A DNA stretch of 64,000 bases, taken from a virus. Of the stretch, positions 19,622-28,106 are shown in pieces. A program made the translations under genes and the position numbers. Where the stretch lies: the IMG/VR virus record IMGVR_UViG_3300042891_001180. One strand, given 5' to 3'. Numbering within the stretch: the stretch's first letter is position 1; the number at the start of each line of letters is the position of its first letter. Below the pieces are notes generated by a model that ran no database searches, was not told where the DNA came from, and was given only the letters and a program-made list of their open reading frames with translations.

Positions 19622-20515
19622 TTAGTCGTCATTTGCCAGTTTGGCAAAGTATGAAAGAGAATCATCTGCATCGTCGAAATCAGCCTTGGGCTTGGCGGCA
19701 GGCTTTGCTGCAACCGGCTTAGGCATATCTTCTTCAAGGCTTGTGACTTCAGCACGGGGTGCAGATGCACCTGTTGCAGCCAGAACCATTTGAAGCTTTG
19801 CTTTCAACTCGTCATATGACTTAAAGTTTTTAGGATCCACAAACTCAGCTAATGAGTGTTGCTTCTTCCAGATTGACTCCATTTGATCGTCATCTGCCAA
19901 AGGTGTTGCTGAATCAAATTCAGACTTATCGTAGTTGCGATAACCTTCAACATTACGAATCTTAAGTTTAAAGTTAGCACCCTTCCAGAAGTCGAAAGGA
20001 TTAACTGGATCCTCGTCCTCAAATTGAGGTTGCATCACATCCTTGATCTTATCAAAGATCTTCTTACCAAACTTATACAGCTTAACTGTACCTTCGTTCT
20101 CAGGGTGTGCAGGATCTTTAACCACGTAGATATTAGCAACATAGGTTAGGCGACGTTTTTGCTTACGTACCAGATCTTTGTTAGCCTCGATACCAGAATT
20201 CCACAACTCAGTATTGAGTTCAGAAACAGGATCGGCTTTACCCAGGGTTGTAAGAGAGTTCTCGATGTACCACTTACCTGTAGGGCCTTGGAAGCCATGG
20301 TTCCAAATACGAACCCAGGGTAGCTCTTCACCTGCTGATGGTGGTAGGAATCGAATGACAGCGTAGCCGTTACCAGCTTTATCTACTTCCGGTTGCCAGA
20401 AGCGGTCATCTTTTGCGTTGTCTTGAGTCTGGGGTGTTGCAATCTTTTCGACTTCTTTCATCAGCTTGTCGAAGCCACCGGTACTCTTCTTCATAGAATT
20501 AAAATCTAATGCCAT
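19622..20515 (-). CDS. gp32: Single-stranded DNA-binding protein gp32
   Basis: DDRFWQPEVDKAGNGYAVIRFLP, WYIENSLTT, FGKKIFDKI, NPFDFWKGANFKLKIR, YFAKLA. Confidence 0.97.
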   Translation of the reverse strand: MALDFNSMKKSTGGFDKLMKEVEKIATPQTQDNAKDDRFWQPEVDKAGNGYAVIRFLPPSAGEELPWVRIWNHGFQGPTGKWYIENSLTTLGKADPVSELNTELWNSGIEANKDLVRKQKRRLTYVANIYVVKDPAHPENEGTVKLYKFGKKIFDKIKDVMQPQFEDEDPVNPFDFWKGANFKLKIRNVEGYRNYDKSEFDSATPLADDDQMESIWKKQHSLAEFVDPKNFKSYDELKAKLQMVLAATGASAPRAEVTSLEEDMPKPVAAKPAAKPKADFDDADDSLSYFAKLANDD

Positions 20516-20566
20516 AATTTTCTCCTTGTATGCGTAGTATAGCGTTGTATTAGTGTTGTATTTTTA

Positions 20567-20746
20567 TTATTCTTCATCATCTAGATCATCATAATTATCT
20601 ACTTCACCGTTATTAAGATCGGGACTTTCGTCCTCCTCTTCTAACATATTATATATGCTCTTCCGATATTTGCCACTCTTATCGACACCTTTAGTAACCT
20701 TACGTACCTTCTTGTCGTAATCTACTTCAAAATTTTTACGTTTCAT
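20567..20746 (-). CDS. Hypothetical protein (basic N-terminus, acidic C-terminus)
   Basis: Likely start MKRKNFEVDY at 20746, overlapping the upstream gene. Confidence 0.55.
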   Translation of the reverse strand: MKRKNFEVDYDKKVRKVTKGVDKSGKYRKSIYNMLEEEDESPDLNNGEVDNYDDLDDEE

Positions 20747-20954
20747 CTCTGTTACTGTCAACTGCAATAAACGGCCAGGCTGAAATACGTTTCGTAATTT
20801 CGGACTGGTGATGTGCAAGTTTAATCAAATATCGTTGGGTTTCTCTAATATGTTCGGACAGCTCCGTCATGCTGTCTTGCATGATACAAATAGACTTTTC
20901 AATCTCCGTGATACGGGCGTCAGAAAGGTCCAATTGCTCTTCGGTAAATTTCAT
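20736..20954 (-). CDS. Hypothetical coiled-coil protein
   Basis: ORF in the tightly packed gp59-gp32 operon. Confidence 0.55.
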   Translation of the reverse strand: MKFTEEQLDLSDARITEIEKSICIMQDSMTELSEHIRETQRYLIKLAHHQSEITKRISAWPFIAVDSNRDET

Positions 20955-21528
20955 TGTACTTGTCTTTTTTAATTTCTAGAAAAGGTGAATACTTCTTGAT
21001 AATTCTTGATGTATCCGGCCAGACTAAATCATCTTTCAGATCCTGATCTAACTGATCAGTAAAATTATTTAGCTTATTCAGGATTACAAGAGTCTCAATT
21101 GAGATATCGTTCCGAAGATACATTTTTACAATAGGTGGGTGTTGCCCATTATTGCATTCGAAGAGACCGTCAAAGGTAATATTGTTCTTATCAGCAAACA
21201 ATACAGCTTTATCTAGTTCTTTTTTAAACGTATATGAGATAGATTCTATACGCTTCTTCCATCCTTGGTAACGGTCTTTGGCTTCTACGTCAAATACACC
21301 GCCCCATCTATCACCGGACACAAAATTGGCTACCAAGAAGTCTACAATATCTTTATCCGAATAGGTTTCAGCAACACGGCGAATAGCTAAAAGATCTTTA
21401 CGTTTAAAGAAAGAGTTCTTGGTAGCACGAACTCGCCCTTTTTGTTCAATCACATTATAATTGTCTGTCGTAAAATGCAGGCGTAATGCCAAATAATAAC
21501 GATAAACTTCAAATGGTTCCATAATCAT
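20920..21528 (-). CDS. gp59: Helicase loader gp59
   Basis: YRYYLALRLHFTTDNYN, SFFKRKD, FLVANF, HPPIVKMYL..DISIETLVIL, KKYSPFL. Confidence 0.92.
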   Translation of the reverse strand: MIMEPFEVYRYYLALRLHFTTDNYNVIEQKGRVRATKNSFFKRKDLLAIRRVAETYSDKDIVDFLVANFVSGDRWGGVFDVEAKDRYQGWKKRIESISYTFKKELDKAVLFADKNNITFDGLFECNNGQHPPIVKMYLRNDISIETLVILNKLNNFTDQLDQDLKDDLVWPDTSRIIKKYSPFLEIKKDKYNEIYRRAIGPF

Positions 21529-21788
21529 ACAGGTAAGTGACCTCGGGGTTTAATCATGTTAGCCTGTTCAGCCTCCATTTGAATCTTCTCTCGAAGCTTC
21601 TGATTAATCAATGAACCGATACTATCAATATCGATTTCTTTTTCATTACAATAATTAATGACTGCATCCATATAGGTTATCTTAAATGCCGATACCTGCT
21701 CATCAATGTATAAACTAAACTCAGTAGGAGATCTAAATCGTTTAGTAATTACAAGAGCATCAGTCAGTTGTTCGTTTTCGTCCGTCAT
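21525..21788 (-). CDS. gp33: Late transcription coactivator gp33
   Basis: FSLYIDE...YMDAVINYCNEKEIDIDSIGSLINQKLREKIQMEA; adjacent to gp59 as in T4. Confidence 0.9.
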   Translation of the reverse strand: MTDENEQLTDALVITKRFRSPTEFSLYIDEQVSAFKITYMDAVINYCNEKEIDIDSIGSLINQKLREKIQMEAEQANMIKPRGHLPV

Positions 21789-22102
21789 ACAAAGTAAATA
21801 AGGCCTAGCAATACTGCTTGAATGGCGAAACCAAATCCAATTGTCACTACCATCAGCATATCTTTAAGTATAGCTGATTTCACAAAATAAAGCAATAGCC
21901 CCGTCCACAACATCAGGGTAATATCTAAAGGAGGCATCTTATCTGTTGCACCTGCCATAACGGCAATAAAGCCTGGAATAGTTGCACCGATTAATACCAC
22001 AACACTAATCCATGCAAACGTATCAGCTGTAGCTTTAGTAAAGCCTTCAAAGTAAGAGAATACTTGATTCTTTAATTGGTTAAATTTTTCCATTTTTCTC
22101 AC
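21785..22102 (-). CDS. Membrane protein with about three TM segments
   Basis: Hydrophobic segments; coupled to neighbouring genes. Confidence 0.65.
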   Translation of the reverse strand: MRKMEKFNQLKNQVFSYFEGFTKATADTFAWISVVVLIGATIPGFIAVMAGATDKMPPLDITLMLWTGLLLYFVKSAILKDMLMVVTIGFGFAIQAVLLGLIYFV

Positions 22103-22622
22103 CGTAAAATATATGACGACCGATTTGACTGATTTTTGGAAGATTCCAATTAGGATTTACATAATCGGCATGATAGTACATTGCCTTATGCATTGAAGGT
22201 AATCTAAAGTTCTCTAGAAGTACTTTCTTAGCCACCTCCATTGACTCTCTATAATGAGCATTAGATCTTACCTTAGGACCACTTTCACAGTACCATGAGA
22301 ACTGACAAATGACTCTACCGTAAACTACGTTCTTCTGATATACTACGTTACAGATATCAGATGGAAACTTACCTGACTCTGCCCGATTTATTGTAACTTG
22401 TGCTACTGCAACCTTACCTTCAAAGGGCTCTGTAGCCGCCTCGTGATAGATGTTCTTTGCAAGACAAGTTAACTGTCTGTCTCTTTCCTCCATTGTGATT
22501 GGGGTACCATTATACTGCTTAGTATTATGATATTGGATTCTACTGGCGGTAAATTTGGTAACTAAAAATACCATCAATACCACAAGACCTATTTTTAAAA
22601 ATAGATTAAAAGCTTTTACCAT
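22080..22622 (-). CDS. Cell wall hydrolase, SleB/Hydrolase_2 family, N-terminally anchored
   Basis: CLAKNIYHEA..E..EGKVAVAQVTINR..FPSDICNVVYQ, CQFSW, YYHADYVNPNW, IGRHIFY. Confidence 0.9.
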   Translation of the reverse strand: MVKAFNLFLKIGLVVLMVFLVTKFTASRIQYHNTKQYNGTPITMEERDRQLTCLAKNIYHEAATEPFEGKVAVAQVTINRAESGKFPSDICNVVYQKNVVYGRVICQFSWYCESGPKVRSNAHYRESMEVAKKVLLENFRLPSMHKAMYYHADYVNPNWNLPKISQIGRHIFYGEKNGKI

Positions 22623-22675
22623 TGGTTTTCCTTATTAAGGAGGCTCCTGAGTTAACAAGAGCCCCTACCTTCAGA

Positions 22676-22948
22676 TTACTTCTTACTAATAGTCTTAATG
22701 TTATCTTGAGGGATGTTAGAAACAAAACCATTCAAGACCTGAGCCTTGGCAATAATTTCAGTTTCTGAGGGATAGGCTGGATAGCCTGGATGCTCTGGAG
22801 GTGTCTGGCCGGCATGTTTTGCCGTCTCTACCTTTGTGGCCCAGTCGTTAGATATTACTTCGCGCTTACCGTAGTAGTCGTCACCAAGCATATCTTTGGC
22901 CATTTTGAGAAGTTCGAGACGAATCTCGAAGGGGGTCATGTTACTCAT
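22676..22948 (-). CDS. Conserved hypothetical phage protein
   Basis: TPFEIRLELLKMAKDML...YPSETEIIAKA; AAGGAG RBS. Confidence 0.75.
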   Translation of the reverse strand: MSNMTPFEIRLELLKMAKDMLGDDYYGKREVISNDWATKVETAKHAGQTPPEHPGYPAYPSETEIIAKAQVLNGFVSNIPQDNIKTISKK

Positions 22949-22980
22949 AATAATCTCCTTTGTGTGTATGAGTGTTAAAG

Positions 22981-23320
22981 ATGGTAGGTTATTCTGTTAC
23001 GAGGAAACCTACCGAAACCCTAAGCAGTGTTTAGGCTGCTAATGCGAACTTTGAGTCGTTTGCGTTTACTTTTGTTTAGTGTTAACGACAACTCTGTCGG
23101 ATCGTCCATCTTTATACTTATTGCCCTGTCGAATCTAAAACAGGCCCATCATAAAGACTCTTCCATGCGTTATGTGCTTCGAAATAACTTAACCAAACAC
23201 AATGCTCACATGCTCTACCACAACATGTCGTTGGTGGTATTGGTTCTAAGACCTTATGGTGGACCTGAAGGGATTTGCACCCTTGTCCAGAACTACTTTC
23301 GATTAACTTCATACGATCAT
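22981..23320 (-). ncRNA. ssrA: tmRNA, circularly permuted two-piece form (acceptor piece ~23320-23257, spacer 23256-23148, coding piece 23147-~22981)
   Basis: 5' GGGCCTG pairs with CAGGTCC-A-CCA and includes the G3:U70 Ala identity pair. GATTCGAC D-loop analogue; T-arm AAGGG-TGCAAAT-CCCTT; tag ANDSKFALAA* at 23063-23031. The CCA end lies upstream of the 5' GGG. Confidence 0.93.
23118..23312 (-). CDS. Putative 64 aa Oxidored-like Cys-motif protein overlapping the tmRNA precursor
   Basis: EPIPPTTCCGRACEHCVWLSYFE matches the oxidoreductase-like N-terminal (P..CC..GC..CVW..Y) pattern and is encoded inside the tmRNA spacer. Confidence 0.5.
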   Translation of the reverse strand: MKLIESSSGQGCKSLQVHHKVLEPIPPTTCCGRACEHCVWLSYFEAHNAWKSLYDGPVLDSTGQ

Positions 23321-23372
23321 AATCTTATTTAGGCGACCTAATTCTCAACCGCCCACATATGGATTATACATG

Positions 23373-24041
23373 CTAGGCAACAACTAATCCACTCTTTCTT
23401 TCATATAGGTCCCGAAAGTACATTAGCCTCTTTACATGGGTATTTCTACGTTCAACAAACACCTGGGGCTCTTCATCATCTACTGCAATTGCAACCACGG
23501 TTTGAGCAACCGGGATCTTAAACTGCTCTTCAAACATAATGGCATATGCCGAACATTGCATAAAGTAATTCTCAATATCTTTACTATCTTTGAGTCGTTT
23601 AGAAGTCTTAAAGTCAATAACAGATAATACCCCATCAAATTCTGCTACACAATCTACGGTACCAGCAATACGCAAATGATCAGAGTACATACGTAACTCT
23701 TGAGCATAAACGTTATTAATACGATGAAGAGTAGGTTTAAATTTATTAAACAGTTCTTGATCTAGAGGACTCTTAAATGCAGGTACTTTATTATCAATAT
23801 ACTGCTCACACAAAGTATGAATACGGGTACCCCGACCAGACGCCTTTTGTGATATTTTATTAGCTTCTTCTTCACCCACCCTTTTGCGCCACTCCATAAT
23901 ATAACCTATGTTATAAGCGGCAAGAACGGTAGTGATAGAAGGATACTTATTCCCCTCTGGGGTCACATAATACCGTGTACCGTTTTCGTTCAGTTGTTGT
24001 AGTTTGGGGACTTCACGGTCAAGCTTTACATGATTAAACAT
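23373..24041 (-). CDS. PD-(D/E)XK exonuclease (Cas4-like phage exonuclease)
   Basis: RYYVTPEGNKYPSITTVL, RGTRIH, AGTVDCVAEFDGVLSVIDFKTS, YFMQCSAYA. Confidence 0.9.
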   Translation of the reverse strand: MFNHVKLDREVPKLQQLNENGTRYYVTPEGNKYPSITTVLAAYNIGYIMEWRKRVGEEEANKISQKASGRGTRIHTLCEQYIDNKVPAFKSPLDQELFNKFKPTLHRINNVYAQELRMYSDHLRIAGTVDCVAEFDGVLSVIDFKTSKRLKDSKDIENYFMQCSAYAIMFEEQFKIPVAQTVVAIAVDDEEPQVFVERRNTHVKRLMYFRDLYERKSGLVVA

Positions 24042-24049
24042 ACGTTATT

Positions 24050-24697
24050 TTAATGATGTCCGGATAATACTTCAACTGCGTGGGCGAAATGTTTCTTACG
24101 GTCTTCTAAACCAATAGTACCACCGTTAATCTTTTTAGTCATCATAACGAAGTCGCCAGAATCGGCGTACTGGTTAAGATTGTTCTTATGCCAGAACCAG
24201 CATGCGGAGTGAATAGCGTAATAGGCATCTAAAAGAATATCAGGATTATCTAATAGTGTTTCATCCTGGAACATAAATCTTGAACAATTGCGATAGTTAT
24301 CTTTACCAGTCAATTGAAGGAGCCCTCGGCCTCTGAACTTCCACCCGTCACCAGATGATTCAGGTCCGTTACCCATCCTGCCACCATACGACTTATTGGC
24401 AATAAGTTCGGGCTTACCTGCGTATTGCTCCGCCACTCCAGCTGGGTACCGTTGAGGCCATATCCTCGTCAATGTAGCTGCTTTGTAGTTAAGGTTCTCT
24501 TCTAGCATTGAAAAGCCCCCTGACTCGTGTGCACACTGGGCAATGAAAGAAGCAACTCTTGGTACGGTTGTAATATTGTACTGAGGTAAAGCCTCACACA
24601 TACTTTCATACCAGTCATCAGGTCCCCCTAATGCCCGCGGCAGTAACTCTCTTACATGACTTTCAGTAAATTCGAAATCAAAACTCATATTATTCAA
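24050..24697 (-). CDS. Glycoside hydrolase family 19 endolysin
   Basis: FIAQCAHESGGF..LEENLNY, DGWKFRGRGLLQLTGKDNY, SACWFW, TKKINGGTIGLEDR. Confidence 0.93.
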   Translation of the reverse strand: MNNMSFDFEFTESHVRELLPRALGGPDDWYESMCEALPQYNITTVPRVASFIAQCAHESGGFSMLEENLNYKAATLTRIWPQRYPAGVAEQYAGKPELIANKSYGGRMGNGPESSGDGWKFRGRGLLQLTGKDNYRNCSRFMFQDETLLDNPDILLDAYYAIHSACWFWHKNNLNQYADSGDFVMMTKKINGGTIGLEDRKKHFAHAVEVLSGHH

Positions 24698-25118
24698 CCT
24701 TTGTAAAATTTTCTAATTTTTTATTAGTTTTTTTATTAATTATACCGGGTAATACTTGCAGTAGTTTTGTATCAAATTGATCCTTTAATAGCAAAGGAAT
24801 ACAGTCCGGGTCAATAATTTCTTGATCTACTGTTCTAATAGCATGAATACAGTAGCATACAGTATTATCCTCTAAGGCTGTAATCTCATGTACTGATTCT
24901 TTTCTTATAAAGATCATGTTTGGAGCTTTAAACACACTAGAAGCTATAACATTACTACTATCATCATATACATTAACTCTTACCGAACCATGTCCCACCA
25001 GAGTAGCATGATCATAAAGATGCTTATGCCCTTTTTCAATATCACCTTTACTTTTAAAATTCATAGCTCTACAAAAAACATTACTTAGCGCTAGTAGTTT
25101 AATATCTGGGGTACTCAT
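24690..25118 (-). CDS. Cupin-fold protein
   Basis: GHKHLYDHATLVGHGSV...HEITALEDNTVCYCIHA. Confidence 0.75.
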   Translation of the reverse strand: MSTPDIKLLALSNVFCRAMNFKSKGDIEKGHKHLYDHATLVGHGSVRVNVYDDSSNVIASSVFKAPNMIFIRKESVHEITALEDNTVCYCIHAIRTVDQEIIDPDCIPLLLKDQFDTKLLQVLPGIINKKTNKKLENFTKVE

Positions 25119-25142
25119 TTTTACCTTTCTTATTTAATTTAA

Positions 25143-25913
25143 TTATTTATCACAAATATCTTCGTATCTAATCTTAGCCAATATATAGTCTTTAACTAAA
25201 GAACTTCTCACAATATCAGCCGCTTCAAATTCTATTTTAGTAAACGCGCCCATGTGATAGGCAATATCAAAAAACTTAAGAATACCACTCACATCTGTCT
25301 TCTTCTTATTTAAGTCCGTTTGTCTATAGTCCCCACACCATATAATCTTCGATCTATAACCTACACGGGTCATAACAGTATCAATCTCTTCAAAGTTCAT
25401 ATTCTGCATCTCATCGACAATAATAATTGCATCGTCAAATGACATACCACGAATAAAAGAAGTTGAAATAAATTCAATATGACCTTGTTCGGCTAACCTA
25501 TCGTATGCATCTTTTCTATCAAACAAGGTAGCGCAAATTTGACGATATGGTTGTTGATATATATCCAACTTCTCGTCGATGTCACCAGGTAGGTGACCCA
25601 TCTCCCTGGACTGTACTGCCGAACGAACTATAATAATTTTATTAAAAGGATTTGTCTTATCTAATACTTCTTCTAAAGCTTTGTATACTGCGATAAATGT
25701 TTTTCCTGTACCTGCAACTCCGTGAAGAGCTAAGAAGTAATCGCCTCTTTTATATGCGTCGTAAAATAGCCTTTGATTATCTGTTAACGGATCAAATGAT
25801 TTTAGATGATCTATTTTTAATCTAAGTGCATTTGTTTGTTGAATTTTTGAACTTGTGTGTCTTTCCTCGGTATCGTGAACAATAGGAAGTTTCGCAGCTC
25901 TTTTAGTAGACAT
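25143..25913 (-). CDS. phoH: PhoH-like ATPase
   Basis: Walker A GVAGTGKT, MGHLPGD, FIRGMSFDDAIIIVDEMQN, GDYRQTDL, DIVRSSLVK. Confidence 0.95.
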   Translation of the reverse strand: MSTKRAAKLPIVHDTEERHTSSKIQQTNALRLKIDHLKSFDPLTDNQRLFYDAYKRGDYFLALHGVAGTGKTFIAVYKALEEVLDKTNPFNKIIIVRSAVQSREMGHLPGDIDEKLDIYQQPYRQICATLFDRKDAYDRLAEQGHIEFISTSFIRGMSFDDAIIIVDEMQNMNFEEIDTVMTRVGYRSKIIWCGDYRQTDLNKKKTDVSGILKFFDIAYHMGAFTKIEFEAADIVRSSLVKDYILAKIRYEDICDK

Positions 25914-25931
25914 GTTTCCCCTTAAGAAAAT

Positions 25932-25964
25932 AAAAAAGGACTACAGTATTACCTGTAATCCTTT
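25932..25964 (-). terminator. Intrinsic terminator
   Basis: AAAGGATTACAG-gtaata-CTGTAGTCCTTTTTT on the minus strand. Confidence 0.7.
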
Positions 25965-25995
25965 ACGTTAAGTTATATAACAAAGATACCCAGAA

Positions 25996-26241
25996 TCATT
26001 TTCTGGATAATTTATCCGCCAAGTTACTTTTATAATTTGCGGCATGAATCTTAGACAAAACTTCATTAAAGCCTTGATCAGGTTTTCTAATTCCTAATCT
26101 AACAGAATCACCCATGGCAGGGGCGCCCATGATGACCTCTAGATTAGGATTCTCTTTTAAGTATTCTTCACGGGAATCCCATGACATAATCTTATCAAAA
26201 ATCTCTTCATTATCTTTATTGCGAAATGTATATGTTGGCAT
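25996..26241 (-). CDS. FmdB-like small protein (Cys-less variant)
   Basis: MPTYTF...YLKENP...GFNEVLSKI; TATAAATA at 26254-26247. Confidence 0.65.
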   Translation of the reverse strand: MPTYTFRNKDNEEIFDKIMSWDSREEYLKENPNLEVIMGAPAMGDSVRLGIRKPDQGFNEVLSKIHAANYKSNLADKLSRK

Positions 26242-26249
26242 ATTTTTAT

Positions 26250-26462
26250 TTATACAAATTCAGGTGGCGATTCAAAGAGATGATCAATAGAATGTACGTC
26301 AAAAGTATTCTCAGGATTAATCTCCAGCATCTTACCCTTTGCTACTTCAATATCTTCAATAGAATCGTATACGCCAACGTGTGATGTCTTTTTAATACGG
26401 TTCATCTTATCCCGTACCTGCATCTCTAGATTATAAACTGTATGCATTTTAGTTAATATCAC
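26250..26462 (-). CDS. Hypothetical protein
   Basis: ORF in a packed operon; start uncertain. Confidence 0.55.
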   Translation of the reverse strand: MILTKMHTVYNLEMQVRDKMNRIKKTSHVGVYDSIEDIEVAKGKMLEINPENTFDVHSIDHLFESPPEFV

Positions 26463-26724
26463 CTAGGGTAGTTTCCCCAGTCAGTTGCTCATACATAGTT
26501 TCAAATTCCTCATGCTCGGCGACCTCCTTAGAGAAGTTTTGCTTATGATAAACTTTGGCAAGTCTACGAAACGTTTTTTTACTCATTTCGTATTCTTCAC
26601 AAATATTATCGATAGCTTCTTTAATAAAATCTCGTTCACCATCAATACGTGCCATAGATGCAGATAACTCATCCATACATTTCTTAATAGCTTTACGGGC
26701 GGCGGGATCAGAAGGCAAACTCAT
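26449..26724 (-). CDS. dsbA: T4 DsbA-like double-stranded DNA-binding protein
   Basis: ELSASMARIDGERDFIKE...FRRLAKVYHKQNF...FETMYE. Confidence 0.8.
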   Translation of the reverse strand: MSLPSDPAARKAIKKCMDELSASMARIDGERDFIKEAIDNICEEYEMSKKTFRRLAKVYHKQNFSKEVAEHEEFETMYEQLTGETTLGDIN

Positions 26725-27104
26725 TATAAACTCCTTAGTTTCAATTCTTCTTTAAAAGATTCTTTATATGCCGGGTGCATTGACGGTACATTCTCAAGAC
26801 ATGCACATATATGTTCAGTACTCATGTCTTTTAGTAAAATATAGGTTAACGGTTCATTACCGTCTTTCCCGTATGTACCCCACTTGACTACTTCACGTAT
26901 TTTATCATGACCGTCAGTAATATAAACGCTTAATTCCTCGTACGGGGCATCAGCGTGAACATTACGTCTGACATATTCTAGTCCCCCATCTACCATATAC
27001 TCTTTACCGTTTTTATCTACGTAGACATTATAGTCATGTCTATGCATAGACTCTAGTACGGTACCATCAGGGGTACGGATTGCATTATATACTAATGTAC
27101 TCAT
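26724..27104 (-). CDS. Conserved hypothetical phage protein
   Basis: NAIRTPDGTVLESMHRHDY...YMVDGGLEYVRR...WGTYGKDG. Confidence 0.75.
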   Translation of the reverse strand: MSTLVYNAIRTPDGTVLESMHRHDYNVYVDKNGKEYMVDGGLEYVRRNVHADAPYEELSVYITDGHDKIREVVKWGTYGKDGNEPLTYILLKDMSTEHICACLENVPSMHPAYKESFKEELKLRSL

Positions 27105-27105
27105 T

Positions 27106-27459
27106 TTATCTTCTCATCTGCGATACATCAACTGCGTTATCGTCACTAAAGATAGGTACAAGGTTAGACTTATGCATCGTAGCAACACCCAGCATCTTAT
27201 CGCCCGTATAACGCATAACAGTCTTACCGGTATTAACAGCACCCTTATGCCCGGTATCTAAACTAGGATAGCGAATAGTTTCGCGAATATAAGGCGTATA
27301 AACAGTTCCAGGTAATTTTATCATATTAGGAGTAGGCTTTTTCTTAACCTTACCTTCAGGTTTAATATCGTATTTCGCACACCACTTAGCATACGCCTCG
27401 CGCTCGGCTTTAGGCATAGTCTTAGGTTTAACTTTAGATTTAGTATTAGAATAGATCAT
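27106..27459 (-). CDS. Conserved hypothetical basic protein
   Basis: YTGDKMLGVATMHKSNLVPIF motif; sigma70-like promoter immediately upstream. Confidence 0.75.
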   Translation of the reverse strand: MIYSNTKSKVKPKTMPKAEREAYAKWCAKYDIKPEGKVKKKPTPNMIKLPGTVYTPYIRETIRYPSLDTGHKGAVNTGKTVMRYTGDKMLGVATMHKSNLVPIFSDDNAVDVSQMRR

Positions 27460-27626
27460 AATATAATTATATAATAACTAGAGAAAAAATCAACTCTTAC
27501 GGGGCTGCCGTAACCTTACCTGCCTTACGTCATAGAATCTCTCTGGTTCAGGTAAGTCGTTACTTACTGACCAAGGACTTGGTTTAGGTTTTTCGAAACG
27601 CTTAAGTAACCATACCCAAAGAGATT

Positions 27627-28106
27627 TTATTCTAAAGGGACTGATTCGTCCTTCTTTTCTGCTTTTTCTTTAACCGGTTTAGGAGTTAATGCTAGGGGAA
27701 AAGCTTCTCTTACAATATCTTCTTTTAGAGACTTATACTTAGTATGTAACTTACGGTCTTTAGCCAGACAAAGTGCTTCGGCCTCCGTCCAATGAATACC
27801 TTCAAGCATATTTACAAACAGAGACTCTTTTTTAAGCTTAGGTAAAGTAGTCCTAGGATCTAACCAAACATAGAAACGTCTAAGTTCTAACTGAAGAGAG
27901 GATTCATTATATCCAATCGGCTTATCAGTATCTTTCCTGAACGGAGGCTCACCATCAGGTAAGTCCATCTTAAGCATATGATCGTAGTTAAGACGAAGCA
28001 AAACTAACAACGGATCAGTTACGTTGTTTTGTAAGACTGCGATCTTTTCTTCTCGTGTCTTAGCTACTTCAAATTTATCTAAAATTTCGGATACTAGTAG
28101 GTGCAT
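27627..28106 (-). CDS. Conserved hypothetical protein downstream of RNase H
   Basis: LPDGEPPF...ESLFVNMLEGIH..EAEAL..AKD...VREAFP. Confidence 0.8.
   Translation of the reverse strand: MHLLVSEILDKFEVAKTREEKIAVLQNNVTDPLLVLLRLNYDHMLKMDLPDGEPPFRKDTDKPIGYNESSLQLELRRFYVWLDPRTTLPKLKKESLFVNMLEGIHWTEAEALCLAKDRKLHTKYKSLKEDIVREAFPLALTPKPVKEKAEKKDESVPLE

Noticed and set aside
23027-23332. 101 aa plus-strand ORF
   Set aside because: Antisense to the tmRNA; no RBS or motif
23373-24041. Cas4-like nuclease as a sign of a CRISPR system
   Set aside because: No repeat-spacer array or other cas genes seen; this is a common stand-alone exonuclease of T4-like phages
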